From contig NZ_CP032551.1 in assembly GCF_009734345.1 (NCBI RefSeq), positions 1,320,001 to 1,352,000 on the forward strand: a stretch of DNA of 32,000 nt, read 5' to 3'. Below, piece by piece: positions 1-10,534 of the stretch. The stretch is from Pseudidiomarina andamanensis. GTDB taxonomy: Bacteria; Pseudomonadota; Gammaproteobacteria; Enterobacterales; Alteromonadaceae. The notes beneath the pieces are model-generated. The model was not told the origin of the DNA. It made no database searches and saw only the letters and a program-made list of their open reading frames with translations. How positions within the stretch are numbered: position 1 is the stretch's first letter; each line of letters starts with the position of its first letter. The translations under genes were made by a program, and so were the position numbers.

Positions 1-1856
1 CTTCAACACCGTTGTTGGACAGCATCAATACACCTGCAGACTTACGTTTATTGAACGAACGTCAGTTACCGCAGTTATGTGCAGAAGTGCGCGAGTTTCT
101 ATTAAACTCGGTGAGCCAAAGTAGTGGTCACCTTGCTTCAGGCCTAGGCACCGTCGAACTGACCGTTGCGCTTCACTATGTGTATTCGACACCACATGAT
201 CAGATAGTTTGGGACGTTGGTCACCAAGCCTATCCTCATAAAATATTAACCGGCCGCAAAGATCGTTTGCATACCATTCGACAAAAAGACGGGTTACACC
301 CATTCCCTTGGCGTCCTGAAAGTGAATACGATACGTTGAGCGTTGGTCACTCGAGCACATCTATCAGCGCGGCTTTGGGCATGGCTATTGCTGCGCAGCG
401 CAATAACACCCAGCAAAAAGTGGTCTCGATTATTGGCGATGGCGCGATAACCGCAGGTATGGCGTTTGAAGCGCTGAACCACGCCGGTGATATCAAACCC
501 GATATGTTGGTGATTCTGAACGACAACGACATGTCCATTTCTGAGAACGTTGGCGCCCTGAATAACCACTTAGCACGGGTACTTTCCGGTAAGGTGTACA
601 CCTCGATTCGTGAAGGTGGCAAGAAACTACTGCAAGGCATGCCGGGCATTTCACATCTAGCCAGCCGTGCTGAAGAACACATGAAAGGCATGGTGGCACC
701 AGGAACTATCTTTGAAGAGCTTGGTTTTAATTATATTGGCCCAATTGATGGCCATGACGTGAATTTGCTGGTTGATACGCTGCGTAACATGCGTAGTTTG
801 AAAGGCCCACAATTTTTGCATATCGTCACGCGCAAGGGTAAAGGCTACGCGCCCGCTGAAAAAGATCCAATCGGTTACCACGGGGTACCGAAATTTGACC
901 CGTCGCAAACTTCATTACCAAGCAAAAAAGCGTCAACACCGTCGTATTCAAAAGTATTTGGCGATTGGCTCTGCGACATGGCCAATGTTGATGAGAAGCT
1001 CATGGCGGTTACCCCTGCCATGCGTGAAGGCTCAGGCATGGTTGAGTTTTCACAGAAGTATCCGCAGCAGTATTTTGACGTAGCCATTGCTGAGCAACAT
1101 GCAGTGACCTTCGGTGCCGGTCTCGCCATAGGCGGCTACCATCCGGTTGTTGCTATCTATTCAACGTTCTTGCAGCGCGGCTATGATCAATTGATTCACG
1201 ATGTGGCGTTGCAGAATTTACCTGTATTGTTCGCCATTGATCGTGCCGGAATTGTTGGCGCGGATGGCCCAACCCATCAAGGCGCTTTCGATATCAGTTA
1301 TATGCGTTGTGTGCCGAACCTCGTCATTATGACGCCAAGCGACGAGAATGAATGTCGCAATATGTTGTTTACTGGGCATATGTATCAAGAAGGTCCAGCA
1401 GCGGTTCGTTACCCGCGAGGTAACGGCACCGGCATTGCCATGGATGAGCAAATGCAGAAGCTTGAAATTGGTAAAGGACGCATGGTTCGCCAAGGCAAAA
1501 AAGTCGCGATTTTAAACTTCGGAACGCTTTTAACTGACGTGATGAGCTGTGCTGAAGCTATTGACGCGAGCGTTGCTGATATGCGTTTCGTCAAACCTTT
1601 GGATACTGCGTTAATCGATGCGTTAGTCGCCGATCACGATTTGCTAGTGAGTGTTGAAGAGAATGTCATTGCTGGTGGTGCTGGTAGTGCCGTTAGCGAA
1701 TACTTAGCGCAACAAGGTAAAATTGCACAGATGCTGCACTTAGGGTTACCTGATGAGTTTATTAAGCACGGTAGCCAAGAAGAGATTCGTGCTGAATTGA
1801 TGCTTGATGCTGCAGGCTTAGAGGCTCAAATCAAGCAGCGCATGGACACCATGTAA
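1..1856 (+). CDS. dxs: 1-deoxy-D-xylulose-5-phosphate synthase, 5'-partial (true start upstream of window)
   Basis: Collinear over its full length with E. coli Dxs as I recall it ([40 protein letters not shown] motif [45 protein letters not shown]). The frame is open back to base 3. E. coli Dxs has about 10 more N-terminal residues, so the TTG at 12 is probably internal. Confidence 0.97.
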   Translation, partial: STPLLDSINTPADLRLLNERQLPQLCAEVREFLLNSVSQSSGHLASGLGTVELTVALHYVYSTPHDQIVWDVGHQAYPHKILTGRKDRLHTIRQKDGLHPFPWRPESEYDTLSVGHSSTSISAALGMAIAAQRNNTQQKVVSIIGDGAITAGMAFEALNHAGDIKPDMLVILNDNDMSISENVGALNNHLARVLSGKVYTSIREGGKKLLQGMPGISHLASRAEEHMKGMVAPGTIFEELGFNYIGPIDGHDVNLLVDTLRNMRSLKGPQFLHIVTRKGKGYAPAEKDPIGYHGVPKFDPSQTSLPSKKASTPSYSKVFGDWLCDMANVDEKLMAVTPAMREGSGMVEFSQKYPQQYFDVAIAEQHAVTFGAGLAIGGYHPVVAIYSTFLQRGYDQLIHDVALQNLPVLFAIDRAGIVGADGPTHQGAFDISYMRCVPNLVIMTPSDENECRNMLFTGHMYQEGPAAVRYPRGNGTGIAMDEQMQKLEIGKGRMVRQGKKVAILNFGTLLTDVMSCAEAIDASVADMRFVKPLDTALIDALVADHDLLVSVEENVIAGGAGSAVSEYLAQQGKIAQMLHLGLPDEFIKHGSQEEIRAELMLDAAGLEAQIKQRMDTM

Positions 1857-2291
1857 GACAATGGCGCTGGCCGCACCGGCCAGCAAGTCATCCACCATAA
1901 TGCCCGCCCCGCCTTTTAAGTGACGATCACACCAGCCAATTGGGCCTGGCTTCACGATGTCGAGAAAGCGAAAGAGAATAAACGCGCCAAGTACGTTATA
2001 CCAAGTAAATGGTAAGGCGATCATAGCGATCATATAGCCGGCTATTTCGTCCCAAACAATGGCAGGGTGATCATGCACACCCAGCGTTCTTGCGGTATAA
2101 CCACATATCCACAGACCGCCGATACTGGCAATCAGCGTGATGATGGTATAAGTCAGTAGGCCGGTAAATTGCATTGCGTATACCAACGGTATCGCGGCAA
2201 GGGTACCAAATGTTCCGGGTGCTTTTGCTGCAAGTCCACTGCCAAAACCAAAGGCTAAGCAATGAATGGGATGCAGCAATAAACGTTTCAT
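1818..2291 (-). CDS. pgpA: phosphatidylglycerophosphatase A
   Basis: 157-aa polytopic membrane protein with PgpA motifs ([22 protein letters not shown], [21 protein letters not shown]). It lies directly downstream of thiL, as in E. coli. Confidence 0.9.
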   Translation of the reverse strand: MKRLLLHPIHCLAFGFGSGLAAKAPGTFGTLAAIPLVYAMQFTGLLTYTIITLIASIGGLWICGYTARTLGVHDHPAIVWDEIAGYMIAMIALPFTWYNVLGAFILFRFLDIVKPGPIGWCDRHLKGGAGIMVDDLLAGAASAIVLHGVHALLDLSL

Positions 2292-2294
2292 AAA

Positions 2295-3293
2295 TTACTC
2301 AGCAGACGTATCGGCTAGGGGTCGGAAGTGTTCAAATCCGTGGGTGATATTGGGTAATTGCCACGGTTCATCATCATGCAGTAATTGAATTACTTCAGCT
2401 TCACTGGTAATACGTCCAATGCATACAGGTTTACTTGGGCTATGCGCTGTGACTGTATCAAACAAACCACGTTGCGTTTCCGGAACGGTGAAAAGTAACT
2501 CATAGTCATCGCCGCTCGTTAATGCATAGGCGAGCGCTTGTTCTTCGGAGAGGCTTTCAGTTAATGCCAGCGAAAGTGGCACTTCATCAACACTGACGCG
2601 TGCGCCAACGTGCGATGACTTTAGAATATGCCGTAAATCGGCAAGTAAGCCGTCAGAAACGTCGATAGCGCTGCTGGCAATGCCTCGAAGCGATTGCCCT
2701 AAGGCAACACGAGGGGATGGAAAATAAAGACGCTCTGTGAGCTTACGTTGGTAATCTGGGTTCAGTTGTTGGCGATGCTGACGCGCTGCTAGCGCCAGTC
2801 CTGCGTCGCCGAATGTACCACTCACATAAATCCAGTCGCCTGGCTTCGCACCGCTACGTCGTAGCGCTTTACCGGTTGGCACAAACCCATGCGCAGTCAC
2901 TGTTACCGAAAGAGGCCCTTGCGTGGTGTCGCCACCAATTAATTGACAGTTGTAGTAGTCGCAAATTTCACGCAAGCCATGGGTAAAACCGGTTAACCAA
3001 TCTTCGTTAATTTCCGGCAAGGTTAAAGCTAAACTAATCCACGCAGGTTCAGCCCCCATTGCAGCCAAATCACTCAGATTAACCGCTACAACTTTATGAC
3101 CTAACGCGCGAGCTGGCGTTTCACTATCGAAATGAACACCCTCAACCATGGTGTCGGTAACAATCACTAATTCACTGTTTTCAGGAACACGTGCAATTGC
3201 ACCATCGTCACCGATACCTAAATCAACGTCATCGCGCTGCGGCAGGCGATGCGTGAAATAGGTTTCGATGAGATCAAATTCGCCAAAGGCCAT
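2295..3293 (-). CDS. thiL: thiamine-monophosphate kinase
   Basis: 332 aa with an AIR-synthase-like fold signature (GEFDLI, GIGDDGA, GGDTT, SGDDYELLFT). Sits in the conserved nusB-thiL-pgpA order. Confidence 0.92.
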   Translation of the reverse strand: MAFGEFDLIETYFTHRLPQRDDVDLGIGDDGAIARVPENSELVIVTDTMVEGVHFDSETPARALGHKVVAVNLSDLAAMGAEPAWISLALTLPEINEDWLTGFTHGLREICDYYNCQLIGGDTTQGPLSVTVTAHGFVPTGKALRRSGAKPGDWIYVSGTFGDAGLALAARQHRQQLNPDYQRKLTERLYFPSPRVALGQSLRGIASSAIDVSDGLLADLRHILKSSHVGARVSVDEVPLSLALTESLSEEQALAYALTSGDDYELLFTVPETQRGLFDTVTAHSPSKPVCIGRITSEAEVIQLLHDDEPWQLPNITHGFEHFRPLADTSAE

Positions 3294-3304
3294 ATAAATA
3301 ATGC

Positions 3305-3724
3305 TTACTGTCGTGCAGCACGGAGTGAATCGATTGCTTTATCAAGCACACCGTTTACGAAACGATGGCTATCATCAGCACCAAATGCTTTCGCTAATTC
3401 AATGGCTTCATTAATGGCGACTTTGTACGGAACGTCTAAACGCTCACGAAGCTCATAAGCTGCCAAGCGCAATACGGCACGCTCAACTTGGTCAAGATCT
3501 TTAAACGGACGGTCTAGGAATGGCTCGAGTGCTTCATCTAACGTCGATGATTGCCCAGCAACACCACGAACTAACGCCAGAAAGTAATCAACGTCTACTT
3601 TACTGGTGTCGTTATCAGTTAAAAACTGGGCTTCGATATCGCTCATGCTGTTTTGCGACAATTGCCATGAGTAAATAGCCTGAACGGCAAGCTTTCTTGC
3701 CTTACGGCGTGCAGCTGGTTTCAT
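3305..3724 (-). CDS. nusB: transcription antitermination factor NusB
   Basis: 139 aa. The N-terminus [19 protein letters not shown] and the [22 protein letters not shown] segment are typical of NusB. It follows ribH. Confidence 0.95.
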   Translation of the reverse strand: MKPAARRKARKLAVQAIYSWQLSQNSMSDIEAQFLTDNDTSKVDVDYFLALVRGVAGQSSTLDEALEPFLDRPFKDLDQVERAVLRLAAYELRERLDVPYKVAINEAIELAKAFGADDSHRFVNGVLDKAIDSLRAARQ

Positions 3725-3735
3725 GAAAAACTCTC

Positions 3736-4200
3736 TTAAATTTGACTCAGAACGTTAACCATTTCGAGTGCGCTTAATGCTGCTTCAGAGCCTTTATTTC
3801 CGGCCTTGGTACCGCTGCGCTCAATGGCTTGTTCAATGCTGTCGGTAGTAATGATGCCAAAAGCCACCGGAATTTCATGCTCTAGTGCAACACGACCTAA
3901 TCCGCTATTACTTTCACCTGCAACGAAATCGAAGTGTGGCGTACCACCGCGAATCACTGCGCCAACAGCGATAATTGCGTCATAACGACCTGATTTCGCC
4001 AACTTCTTCGCAGTTAACGGAATTTCGTAAGCGCCAGGAACCCGCACCACTGTAATATCGTCGGCGTTGACTTGACCGTAGTGCTTAAGCGTTGTTAATG
4101 CACCTTCAAGCAGGCTATCAACCACAAAATGATTAAACCGAGAAACAACAATCGCAAATTTTTTACCTGGGGCGGCAATTCCGCCTTCAATTACGTTCAT
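3736..4200 (-). CDS. ribH: 6,7-dimethyl-8-ribityllumazine synthase
   Basis: [44 protein letters not shown] matches lumazine synthase. I place the start at the ATG at 4200, which has an AAGGA RBS about 8 nt upstream. The track ORF extends to 4239, but that extension has no homology support. Confidence 0.95.
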   Translation of the reverse strand: MNVIEGGIAAPGKKFAIVVSRFNHFVVDSLLEGALTTLKHYGQVNADDITVVRVPGAYEIPLTAKKLAKSGRYDAIIAVGAVIRGGTPHFDFVAGESNSGLGRVALEHEIPVAFGIITTDSIEQAIERSGTKAGNKGSEAALSALEMVNVLSQI

Positions 4201-4229
4201 GGTTGGATCCTTTTCTAAAAATCGGCGGG

Positions 4230-4238
4230 ATAATAGCA
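4230..4238 (-). promoter_or_regulatory. candidate extended -10 element (TGCTATTAT on the minus strand) for ribH-nusB-thiL-pgpA
   Basis: Motif only. TGnTATTAT lies about 30 nt upstream of the ribH ATG, in the 50-bp gap after the acyltransferase gene. There is no good -35 at proper spacing. Confidence 0.3.
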
Positions 4239-4250
4239 CAAATTTGCCAA

Positions 4251-4859
4251 TCAGGCATGTTCTGGATATTTTCCTACTGCGTGAGAGAGTGCTGCTTTGA
4301 CACGCTGCAGTTCTTCGTCAATGGTACCGGTGATCATAAACGCCGGTGTTATTTCGACAACTTTTCGGGAGAAATCAAGTGCAATCGGTACAACGGGTAC
4401 CTGTGCAGCTTGGGCTATGTGAAGGAAGCCTTTCTTCCACTCTTGTACTTTCTTACGCGTCCCCTCTGGCGACAATGCCAGAATGAGTTCATCGCGCTGT
4501 TGAAATTGGGCGGTCATTTGCTCGACCACACCACTTGCTGCGCGTCTATCGACGGGAATACCGCCTAACCAACGCAGCAAACCATTCACAGGAAAACGAA
4601 AGATAGTGTGCTTACCGAGATAACTCAAATTAAGGCCTAAAGCTAACATCGCAAACACCCCAATAAAGAAATCCCAGTTGGAAGTATGCGGAGCTACGGG
4701 AATGATGGCTTTTTTAACGTGTGGCAAATCACCGACGACACGCCAGCCACCTAGCAAACGTAAGCCAACTCGCCCTACCCAACGACTAAAGGCATTTCCG
4801 CGTAACGGAAATGCCCCTTTAATGTGTTCAGGAATCGACTCTGAATGAGCTGTTGTCAT
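4251..4859 (-). CDS. lysophospholipid (PlsC-type) acyltransferase family protein
   Basis: 202 aa with acyltransferase motif I HxxxxD (HTSNWD) and motif III (SPEGTR). The substrate cannot be read from the sequence. Confidence 0.8.
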   Translation of the reverse strand: MTTAHSESIPEHIKGAFPLRGNAFSRWVGRVGLRLLGGWRVVGDLPHVKKAIIPVAPHTSNWDFFIGVFAMLALGLNLSYLGKHTIFRFPVNGLLRWLGGIPVDRRAASGVVEQMTAQFQQRDELILALSPEGTRKKVQEWKKGFLHIAQAAQVPVVPIALDFSRKVVEITPAFMITGTIDEELQRVKAALSHAVGKYPEHA

Positions 4860-4865
4860 TATTTG

Positions 4866-5723
4866 TTACTGAGTTAACGCTTCTTGAATTGCTTCAAGTT
4901 TTAATTTAATTCGACGAATATTGTCAGGCCCCGTGCGTAACATTTGTTTTTGCGCTGCAGGCAGTGCTTCAAGCGTTGGGTCAGCATAACGATACATTAC
5001 GCTATCGTCATTTAACTCGATGACAGTTCCTACCGATGGCGTTTCAAGCAGCACATTAATCGCTTCTAACAGCATCTCGTTCGGGTTTTGATCTGGATAG
5101 CCAATTTCGCCAAGCGCTTGCTTCACCAGTGGCTTATAACGTTCAAACATCGATACAAGAACGTCGGTATCTAAACTAACAAACCAATCAACCATCGGGT
5201 TATATCGATCATAGCTACGAGGGTCGATATAAATTTTGCCATTTTGCTCAAGCACGCGGAACGGTGCGGTTGGGCCAGCAATTGTCGCTTTTTCTCGAAT
5301 CACTAAACCTTGGCGCAAGTTATCGACAAACACCACGGTGTCACGAATGAGTTGTTGCCCAGAAATCGGCTCAACGTTTTGCTCAGCAGCCTTTAACTCG
5401 TCGAGAACGGCACTGGTGCTATTCGCCATGTCTGGCAATGGCACCTCAGGCTCAGGTTCTGGCTCTAACTCAACGGTTTCACTAATTTCAGGGATGGGTT
5501 CTGCTGGTGTCGATGGTTCATCTGACTCAACTGCAGGTGTTGTTTCTTCGTTTTGAGTGACCGGTGTGGGCTGTTTTATTTCAGGCTTCTTCGCACTATT
5601 TTGCTGTTTCGCAAGATAAAACACCACCACAATTGCTATCGCAAGTAATACGATAACACTAATGATCAACTTACCTTTATGCGTTGACGGTGTTGGTGCT
5701 GGTTCTTGCCCGAAATCTCTCAT
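4866..5723 (-). CDS. membrane-anchored conserved hypothetical protein (DUF3014-like)
   Basis: 285 aa: a short cytoplasmic N-terminus, one TM helix (LIISVIVLLAIAIVVVFYL), an acidic Pro/Glu linker (ELEPEPEPEVPLP) and a roughly 170-aa globular C-terminal domain. The DUF3014 assignment is from memory. AAGGGG RBS upstream. Confidence 0.6.
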   Translation of the reverse strand: MRDFGQEPAPTPSTHKGKLIISVIVLLAIAIVVVFYLAKQQNSAKKPEIKQPTPVTQNEETTPAVESDEPSTPAEPIPEISETVELEPEPEPEVPLPDMANSTSAVLDELKAAEQNVEPISGQQLIRDTVVFVDNLRQGLVIREKATIAGPTAPFRVLEQNGKIYIDPRSYDRYNPMVDWFVSLDTDVLVSMFERYKPLVKQALGEIGYPDQNPNEMLLEAINVLLETPSVGTVIELNDDSVMYRYADPTLEALPAAQKQMLRTGPDNIRRIKLKLEAIQEALTQ

Positions 5724-5741
5724 TGCTTGCCCCTTGAACTA

Positions 5742-6524
5742 TTATTTCTGATCGCGCTCAGCACGATAAAAAACCAATTCACTCTCAGTCGACTCATCGG
5801 CATTAAAGCGATAGCCGGCTGTATTAAATTGGCGCAGTTCAGCCACTGACTTTGGTTGTTCAGTCATTATAAAACGCGCCATCATGCCACGCGCCTTTTT
5901 AGCCCAAAAACTGATGACCTTAAATTCACCATTTTTTTCATCCTTGAATACCGGTGTCACCACTTGCGCATTTAAACGCTTCGGCTGCACACTCGAAAAG
6001 TACTCTTGCGAAGCCAAATTGATGACGATCTCCGAATCAATGGCTTCCAAATCTTCATTGAGCATGTCGGTAATTTCGTCGCCCCAAAACTCATATAAAG
6101 TACGGCCACGAGCAGTATCTAGCTTCGTTCCCATCTCTAAACGGTAGGGCTGCATTAAATCCAGTGGTCTCAATACACCATATAGACCAGACAAAATGCG
6201 TAAATGTTCCTGAGCATACGCAATTGCATCGGCAGATAATTTTTCAGCTGCCAAACCGCTATACACATCACCATCAAATGCGTAAATGGCTGGACGTGCA
6301 TTATTTTTGGTGAATGGGGTGTGCCACTCGGCAAACCGAGCGGCATTTAAACCCGCCAACTTGTCACTAATTTTCATCAGTTGACTGAGTTGCTGTGGAG
6401 ACAACGCTTGGCAACGGTCGACTAACTCCTGCGCTCGCTCGAGCATACGCGGTTGCGTGTGTTCTTCCGTCGGCAATGGGCTGTCATAATCCAAGTTCTT
6501 TGCTGGTGAAATAACTACAAGCAT
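5742..6524 (-). CDS. yaaA: peroxide stress protein YaaA (UPF0246)
   Basis: [16 protein letters not shown] is the characteristic YaaA N-terminus. The ATG at 6524 is preceded by GGAGAG. The track start at 6536 is a GTG lying inside that RBS. Confidence 0.93.
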   Translation of the reverse strand: MLVVISPAKNLDYDSPLPTEEHTQPRMLERAQELVDRCQALSPQQLSQLMKISDKLAGLNAARFAEWHTPFTKNNARPAIYAFDGDVYSGLAAEKLSADAIAYAQEHLRILSGLYGVLRPLDLMQPYRLEMGTKLDTARGRTLYEFWGDEITDMLNEDLEAIDSEIVINLASQEYFSSVQPKRLNAQVVTPVFKDEKNGEFKVISFWAKKARGMMARFIMTEQPKSVAELRQFNTAGYRFNADESTESELVFYRAERDQK

Positions 6525-6554
6525 CGTTCTCTCCACGTTTGAAATGATTTATCC

Positions 6555-7502
6555 CTATGGTAATGGGTCTAAATCTTCGCCTTCTTTTTCAACTTCTGGT
6601 GGCATTAAGTCTTCGCGACTTACACCTAAAGCTAATGCCAGTGAACTAGCGATATAAATTGATGAATAGGTACCAATGACCACACCAAATAATAGCGCGG
6701 TTGCGAAACCATGAATCAATTGTCCGCCTAAGAAGAACAATGCAACCAATACCAAGATTGTTGTTAATGAGGTAATCACGGTTCGACTCATCGTATCCGT
6801 TAACGCGCCATCAATTGTTTCTTCTGATGTGCCTTTATGGTACTTACGAAAGTTTTCGCGAACTCGGTCACAAACAACAACGGTATCGTTAATGGAATAA
6901 CCAATCACCGCCAACAATGCTGCTAATACAGTTAGGTCAAACTCTAGACCAAGAACTGAAAATAGCCCAAGCGTAATAATCACATCGTGCGCAAGAGCAC
7001 CAACCGCACCCAAGGCCAAGCGCCACTCAAAGCGCAGAGCAATGTAGATCAGGATACAAATTAAGGCTGTTAACATCGCTAACCCGCCTTGTTCAGTCAG
7101 TTCATCACCTACTTGCGGACCAACGAATTCGATACGGCGCATCTCAACCTGACCGTTCGATTCAGATTGCAACAGGCTAAGAATTTCGTTGCCTAGCTCC
7201 TGTGCTTTAACCCCTTCACGCGGTTCAATACGAATCAATACGTCTTGCTGCGTACCGAAGTTTTGCACCACAGCGCCACCAAAGCCATTTGCGTCTAGGG
7301 TTTTACGAACCGCCGGCAAATCAGCGGCTGTTTCATAACCAACTTCAATAACCGTACCGCCCGTAAAATCGAGGCCCCAGTTCAGCTGGTTGACACTCAG
7401 GCTGACAATTGACGCAACAATTAGTAAGCCGCTCATAAACCAAGCCGCCATGCGATAGCGCATGAATGAAATGGTTTTATTTGTCTTGATAATCTCGTGC
7501 AT
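6555..7502 (-). CDS. secF: protein translocase subunit SecF
   Basis: 315 aa with the SecF motif GLDFTGGTVIEV and a C-terminal 6-TM bundle. Starts 12 nt after the secD stop. Confidence 0.96.
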   Translation of the reverse strand: MHEIIKTNKTISFMRYRMAAWFMSGLLIVASIVSLSVNQLNWGLDFTGGTVIEVGYETAADLPAVRKTLDANGFGGAVVQNFGTQQDVLIRIEPREGVKAQELGNEILSLLQSESNGQVEMRRIEFVGPQVGDELTEQGGLAMLTALICILIYIALRFEWRLALGAVGALAHDVIITLGLFSVLGLEFDLTVLAALLAVIGYSINDTVVVCDRVRENFRKYHKGTSEETIDGALTDTMSRTVITSLTTILVLVALFFLGGQLIHGFATALLFGVVIGTYSSIYIASSLALALGVSREDLMPPEVEKEGEDLDPLP

Positions 7503-7514
7503 AACTGTCCCCTT

Positions 7515-9362
7515 CTATACCGACAATTTATCGATGCGTTTGCCACCCCACACAGCATTAATAACTGCACGGGTACCGACAATTGCGGTAAACATCGAGG
7601 TGATGATGCCAATTGCTAAGGTGACTGCGAAACCTTTGACCGGTCCGGTACCTACAGCAAACAAAATAATAGCGACAATTAACGTGGTGATATTCGCATC
7701 CATAATGGTTGAGAATGCACTGTCGTAACCATGGTGAATGGCTTGCTGCGGGCTACGCTTCGCTTTAATTTCTTCGCGTATTCGCTCAAATATCAGCACG
7801 TTCGCATCAACCGCCATACCAACGGTTAAAACAATACCGGCCATACCCGGCAATGTTAACGTTGCGCCTGGAATCATCGACATGACGCCAATGATCAACA
7901 CTAAGTTCGCGGTAAGCGCAAGGTTGGCAACTAAGCCAAACTTTCTGTAATACAACACCATGAAGAAAACGACGAGAACAAAGCCCCAAACAATGGCTTG
8001 TGTACCAAGTGCAATGTTTTCTTTACCTAGGCTCGGGCCTAAAGTACGTTCTTCAACAATTTGAATTGGTGCGATTAGCGCACCAGCGCGAAGCAGCAAT
8101 GCTAAATTCTGAGCTTCTTGTTGCGAACTAATACCCGTGATACGGAAGTTACTACCCAAGCGTGATTGGATTGTTGCCACGTTGATCACTTCAGCATGAC
8201 GTTCAAACACAATGCGGTCATTTTCGTCACGTTCGCCGGTGGCCTTAAACTCGATAAACAAGGTCGCCATTGGTTTACCGACGTTATCACGAGTGGCTAA
8301 TGACATTTTGTCACCACCAGCACCATCTAACGAAATACTCACTTGCGGACGTTGGTTTTCATCAAAGCCCGAAGTCGCGTTGACAATATGGTCACCGGTA
8401 AGTATCACATCTTCGCGTAGTAGTGTGTTACCGCCGTTACGGTTAGGAAATAATTCAGAGCCAAATGGCACACGGCCCATTTCAGCATCACGAAGACTAT
8501 TTTCGTCATCAACTAAACGGAATTCTAAGGTTGCGGTTGCGCCTAAAATTTCTTTCGCACGCGCCGTGTCTTGAACACCCGGCAGTTGCACGACAATACG
8601 ATCAGCACCTTGACGCTGAACCACTGGCTCGGCGACGCCTAGCTCGTTCACACGATTACGCAAAATGGTGACGTTTTGCGAAATGGCATAATCTTGCGTT
8701 TCTTTCAGCTTCGCTTCTGTCATACGCAAGCGCAGTGTTTGTGTCGCTTCTTCTTCAATTAGCGTATAGCCAGGATAACGGTTATCTAAGTACTGCTCTG
8801 CCGCTGTGTAATCTTCTGTAGTACGAAGCTCGACCACCACATCAGAATCTTGACGGCGAATGCTCGTTGAGCGAATCCGCTCTTCACGCAGTTCCGCACG
8901 TACCGTGTCACGCATTTGATCTTGAATCTTACGCACCGCTTCTTGCATATCCACTTCCATTAAGAAGTGAACACCACCACGCAAATCGAGACCAAGCTTC
9001 ATTGGTGTCGCACCAATACTGGCGAGCCAATCTGGTGTCGCCGGTGCTAAATTCAACGCCACAATGTAGTCAGTACCGAGCTCACGCAGCAACGCATCGC
9101 GAGCTTGTAATTGTTCAACATCGGAATTGACTCGTACCAATATCTGGTCGTTTTCGAGGGTGACACCTTTAGGAGTAATACTTATCTCTTCAAGTGTTTG
9201 TTCGACGCGACCTAATGTATCGGTGGTGACTGATGCGTTGCGGCTAGCAGAGATCTGCACAGCATAATCTTCGCCATAAATGTTTGGCAGCGCATACAAG
9301 GCAGCTATCGCCAAAATGGCGATAACCATCAAGTTCTTCCAGAGCGGAAACTTATTTAACAC
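7515..9362 (-). CDS. secD: protein translocase subunit SecD
   Basis: 615 aa: N-terminal TM, large periplasmic domain ([16 protein letters not shown]) and a C-terminal RND-like 5-TM bundle. Sits in the yajC-secD-secF order. Confidence 0.97.
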   Translation of the reverse strand: MLNKFPLWKNLMVIAILAIAALYALPNIYGEDYAVQISASRNASVTTDTLGRVEQTLEEISITPKGVTLENDQILVRVNSDVEQLQARDALLRELGTDYIVALNLAPATPDWLASIGATPMKLGLDLRGGVHFLMEVDMQEAVRKIQDQMRDTVRAELREERIRSTSIRRQDSDVVVELRTTEDYTAAEQYLDNRYPGYTLIEEEATQTLRLRMTEAKLKETQDYAISQNVTILRNRVNELGVAEPVVQRQGADRIVVQLPGVQDTARAKEILGATATLEFRLVDDENSLRDAEMGRVPFGSELFPNRNGGNTLLREDVILTGDHIVNATSGFDENQRPQVSISLDGAGGDKMSLATRDNVGKPMATLFIEFKATGERDENDRIVFERHAEVINVATIQSRLGSNFRITGISSQQEAQNLALLLRAGALIAPIQIVEERTLGPSLGKENIALGTQAIVWGFVLVVFFMVLYYRKFGLVANLALTANLVLIIGVMSMIPGATLTLPGMAGIVLTVGMAVDANVLIFERIREEIKAKRSPQQAIHHGYDSAFSTIMDANITTLIVAIILFAVGTGPVKGFAVTLAIGIITSMFTAIVGTRAVINAVWGGKRIDKLSV

Positions 9363-9381
9363 GTTAAATCCTTATCTCTTC

Positions 9382-9717
9382 TTACAGAGACTTCATCGTA
9401 CCTTTTGGCAGTACTGCAGTAACCGCTGATTTTTGAACAGTCACTTCCATACCTTCAGCAACGGTAATCACCATAAAGTCTTTATCTTCTGAAATTTTGC
9501 TGATGCGACCAACAAAACCGCCGTTCATTAATACTTCGTCACCTTTGGTGATGCTTGATACAAGCTCTTTGTGCGCTTTCACACGTTTTGCTTGTGGACG
9601 GTAAATCATGAAATAAAAGATTAAGCCGAACATAACCAGCATGAAAACAAGTTCCATACCGCCACCTTGTGGTGCTCCAGCTTCTTGTGCGTACGCTGTT
9701 GGAATTAAGAAATCCAT
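9382..9717 (-). CDS. yajC: preprotein translocase subunit YajC
   Basis: 111 aa, single TM (LVFMLVMFGLIFYFMIYRPQ.KR) followed by the ITKGDEV..GG..G.I motif. Confidence 0.93.
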   Translation of the reverse strand: MDFLIPTAYAQEAGAPQGGGMELVFMLVMFGLIFYFMIYRPQAKRVKAHKELVSSITKGDEVLMNGGFVGRISKISEDKDFMVITVAEGMEVTVQKSAVTAVLPKGTMKSL

Positions 9718-9905
9718 GAAATATCCCCTTACTGTATTTTTATGTTATTGAGGTTAGAGATGGGGCTGAATATATTGCAAACAAGCCCTATTTTCTAATT
9801 TTTAGTGAATGGCGGGCATTCTAACGAATTTCTGCTTAAATAGGGAGTAAATTGACGTAAACTGCTGTTTCAGTCGGTGCAAACAACAGGATAAATAAAA
9901 ACAAC

Positions 9906-10532
9906 ATGGATCTTGCCACTCTATTTTATTGGATTGACCACCTTGGTGTCGCCGTTTTTGCGGTTTCGGGCACATTATTAGCATTTCGTAAAAACATGGA
10001 TGGCTTTGGTGTTATTGTCCTCGCAACAGTCACGGCCATTGGCGGCGGTACAACGCGCGATCTTATTCTCGATATGCCGGTATTTTGGGTATACGACCCA
10101 CAATACCTATACACGGTTGCACTCGCGGCACTGAGCACAATCTTGTGGTTACGGTATAAAGATTACATTCACCAGAAAACCTTGTTACTTGCGGATGCCG
10201 TGGGAGTTGGATTTTTTACCGTGATGGGCGCTCTTAAAGCCTCAGAAGCAGGCTTCTCGCCACTCATTTGTATCATCATGGGGACAATGACGGCTTGTTT
10301 TGGCGGTATGCTGCGTGATGTTCTTGCCCGAGATGTCCCCATGGTTCTAAAAGGTGAACTCTACGCCACCACCTGTTTAATTGGCGCGACTGTATTTGTC
10401 TTAATAGAGCCTTACTCACAACTGGTGGCGATTCTGGTTGGCGGCGCAACCACCTTGCTGATTCGCCTTGGTGCCATACGCTGGCAGTGGTCGTTGATTG
10501 TGTTTCATGAACACCACGACGGGCACCGTTAA
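9906..10532 (+). CDS. UPF0126 / trimeric intracellular cation channel (TRIC)-family membrane protein (YadS/YicG-like)
   Basis: 208 aa with two internal repeats, each ending in the family glycine motif (TAIGGGTTRD and ACFGGMLRD). Collinear with E. coli YadS as recalled. Confidence 0.88.
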   Translation: MDLATLFYWIDHLGVAVFAVSGTLLAFRKNMDGFGVIVLATVTAIGGGTTRDLILDMPVFWVYDPQYLYTVALAALSTILWLRYKDYIHQKTLLLADAVGVGFFTVMGALKASEAGFSPLICIIMGTMTACFGGMLRDVLARDVPMVLKGELYATTCLIGATVFVLIEPYSQLVAILVGGATTLLIRLGAIRWQWSLIVFHEHHDGHR

Positions 10533-10534
10533 CG

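Noticed and set aside
4201-4250. Possible FMN riboswitch upstream of ribH.
   Set aside because: The gap is only 50 nt, far too short for an FMN element of about 140 nt or more. FMN riboswitches normally precede ribB/ribD rather than ribH-nusB.
4203-4568. 121-aa plus-strand ORF. Similar antisense ORFs occur at 8212-8574, 14615-14968, 15512-15847, 21701-22024 and 5236-5556.
   Set aside because: All lie fully antisense inside genes with strong family-level homology. They lack RBS-like sequences and have low-complexity or Cys/Ser/Arg-rich translations typical of shadow ORFs.
9802-9984. 60-aa minus-strand ORF overlapping the start of the TRIC-family gene, plus the 71-aa minus-strand ORF at 17026-17241 overlapping the permease start.
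   Set aside because: Both overlap the 5' ends of well-supported genes on the opposite strand. Both are Cys/His/Arg-rich without an RBS, so they are probably spurious.
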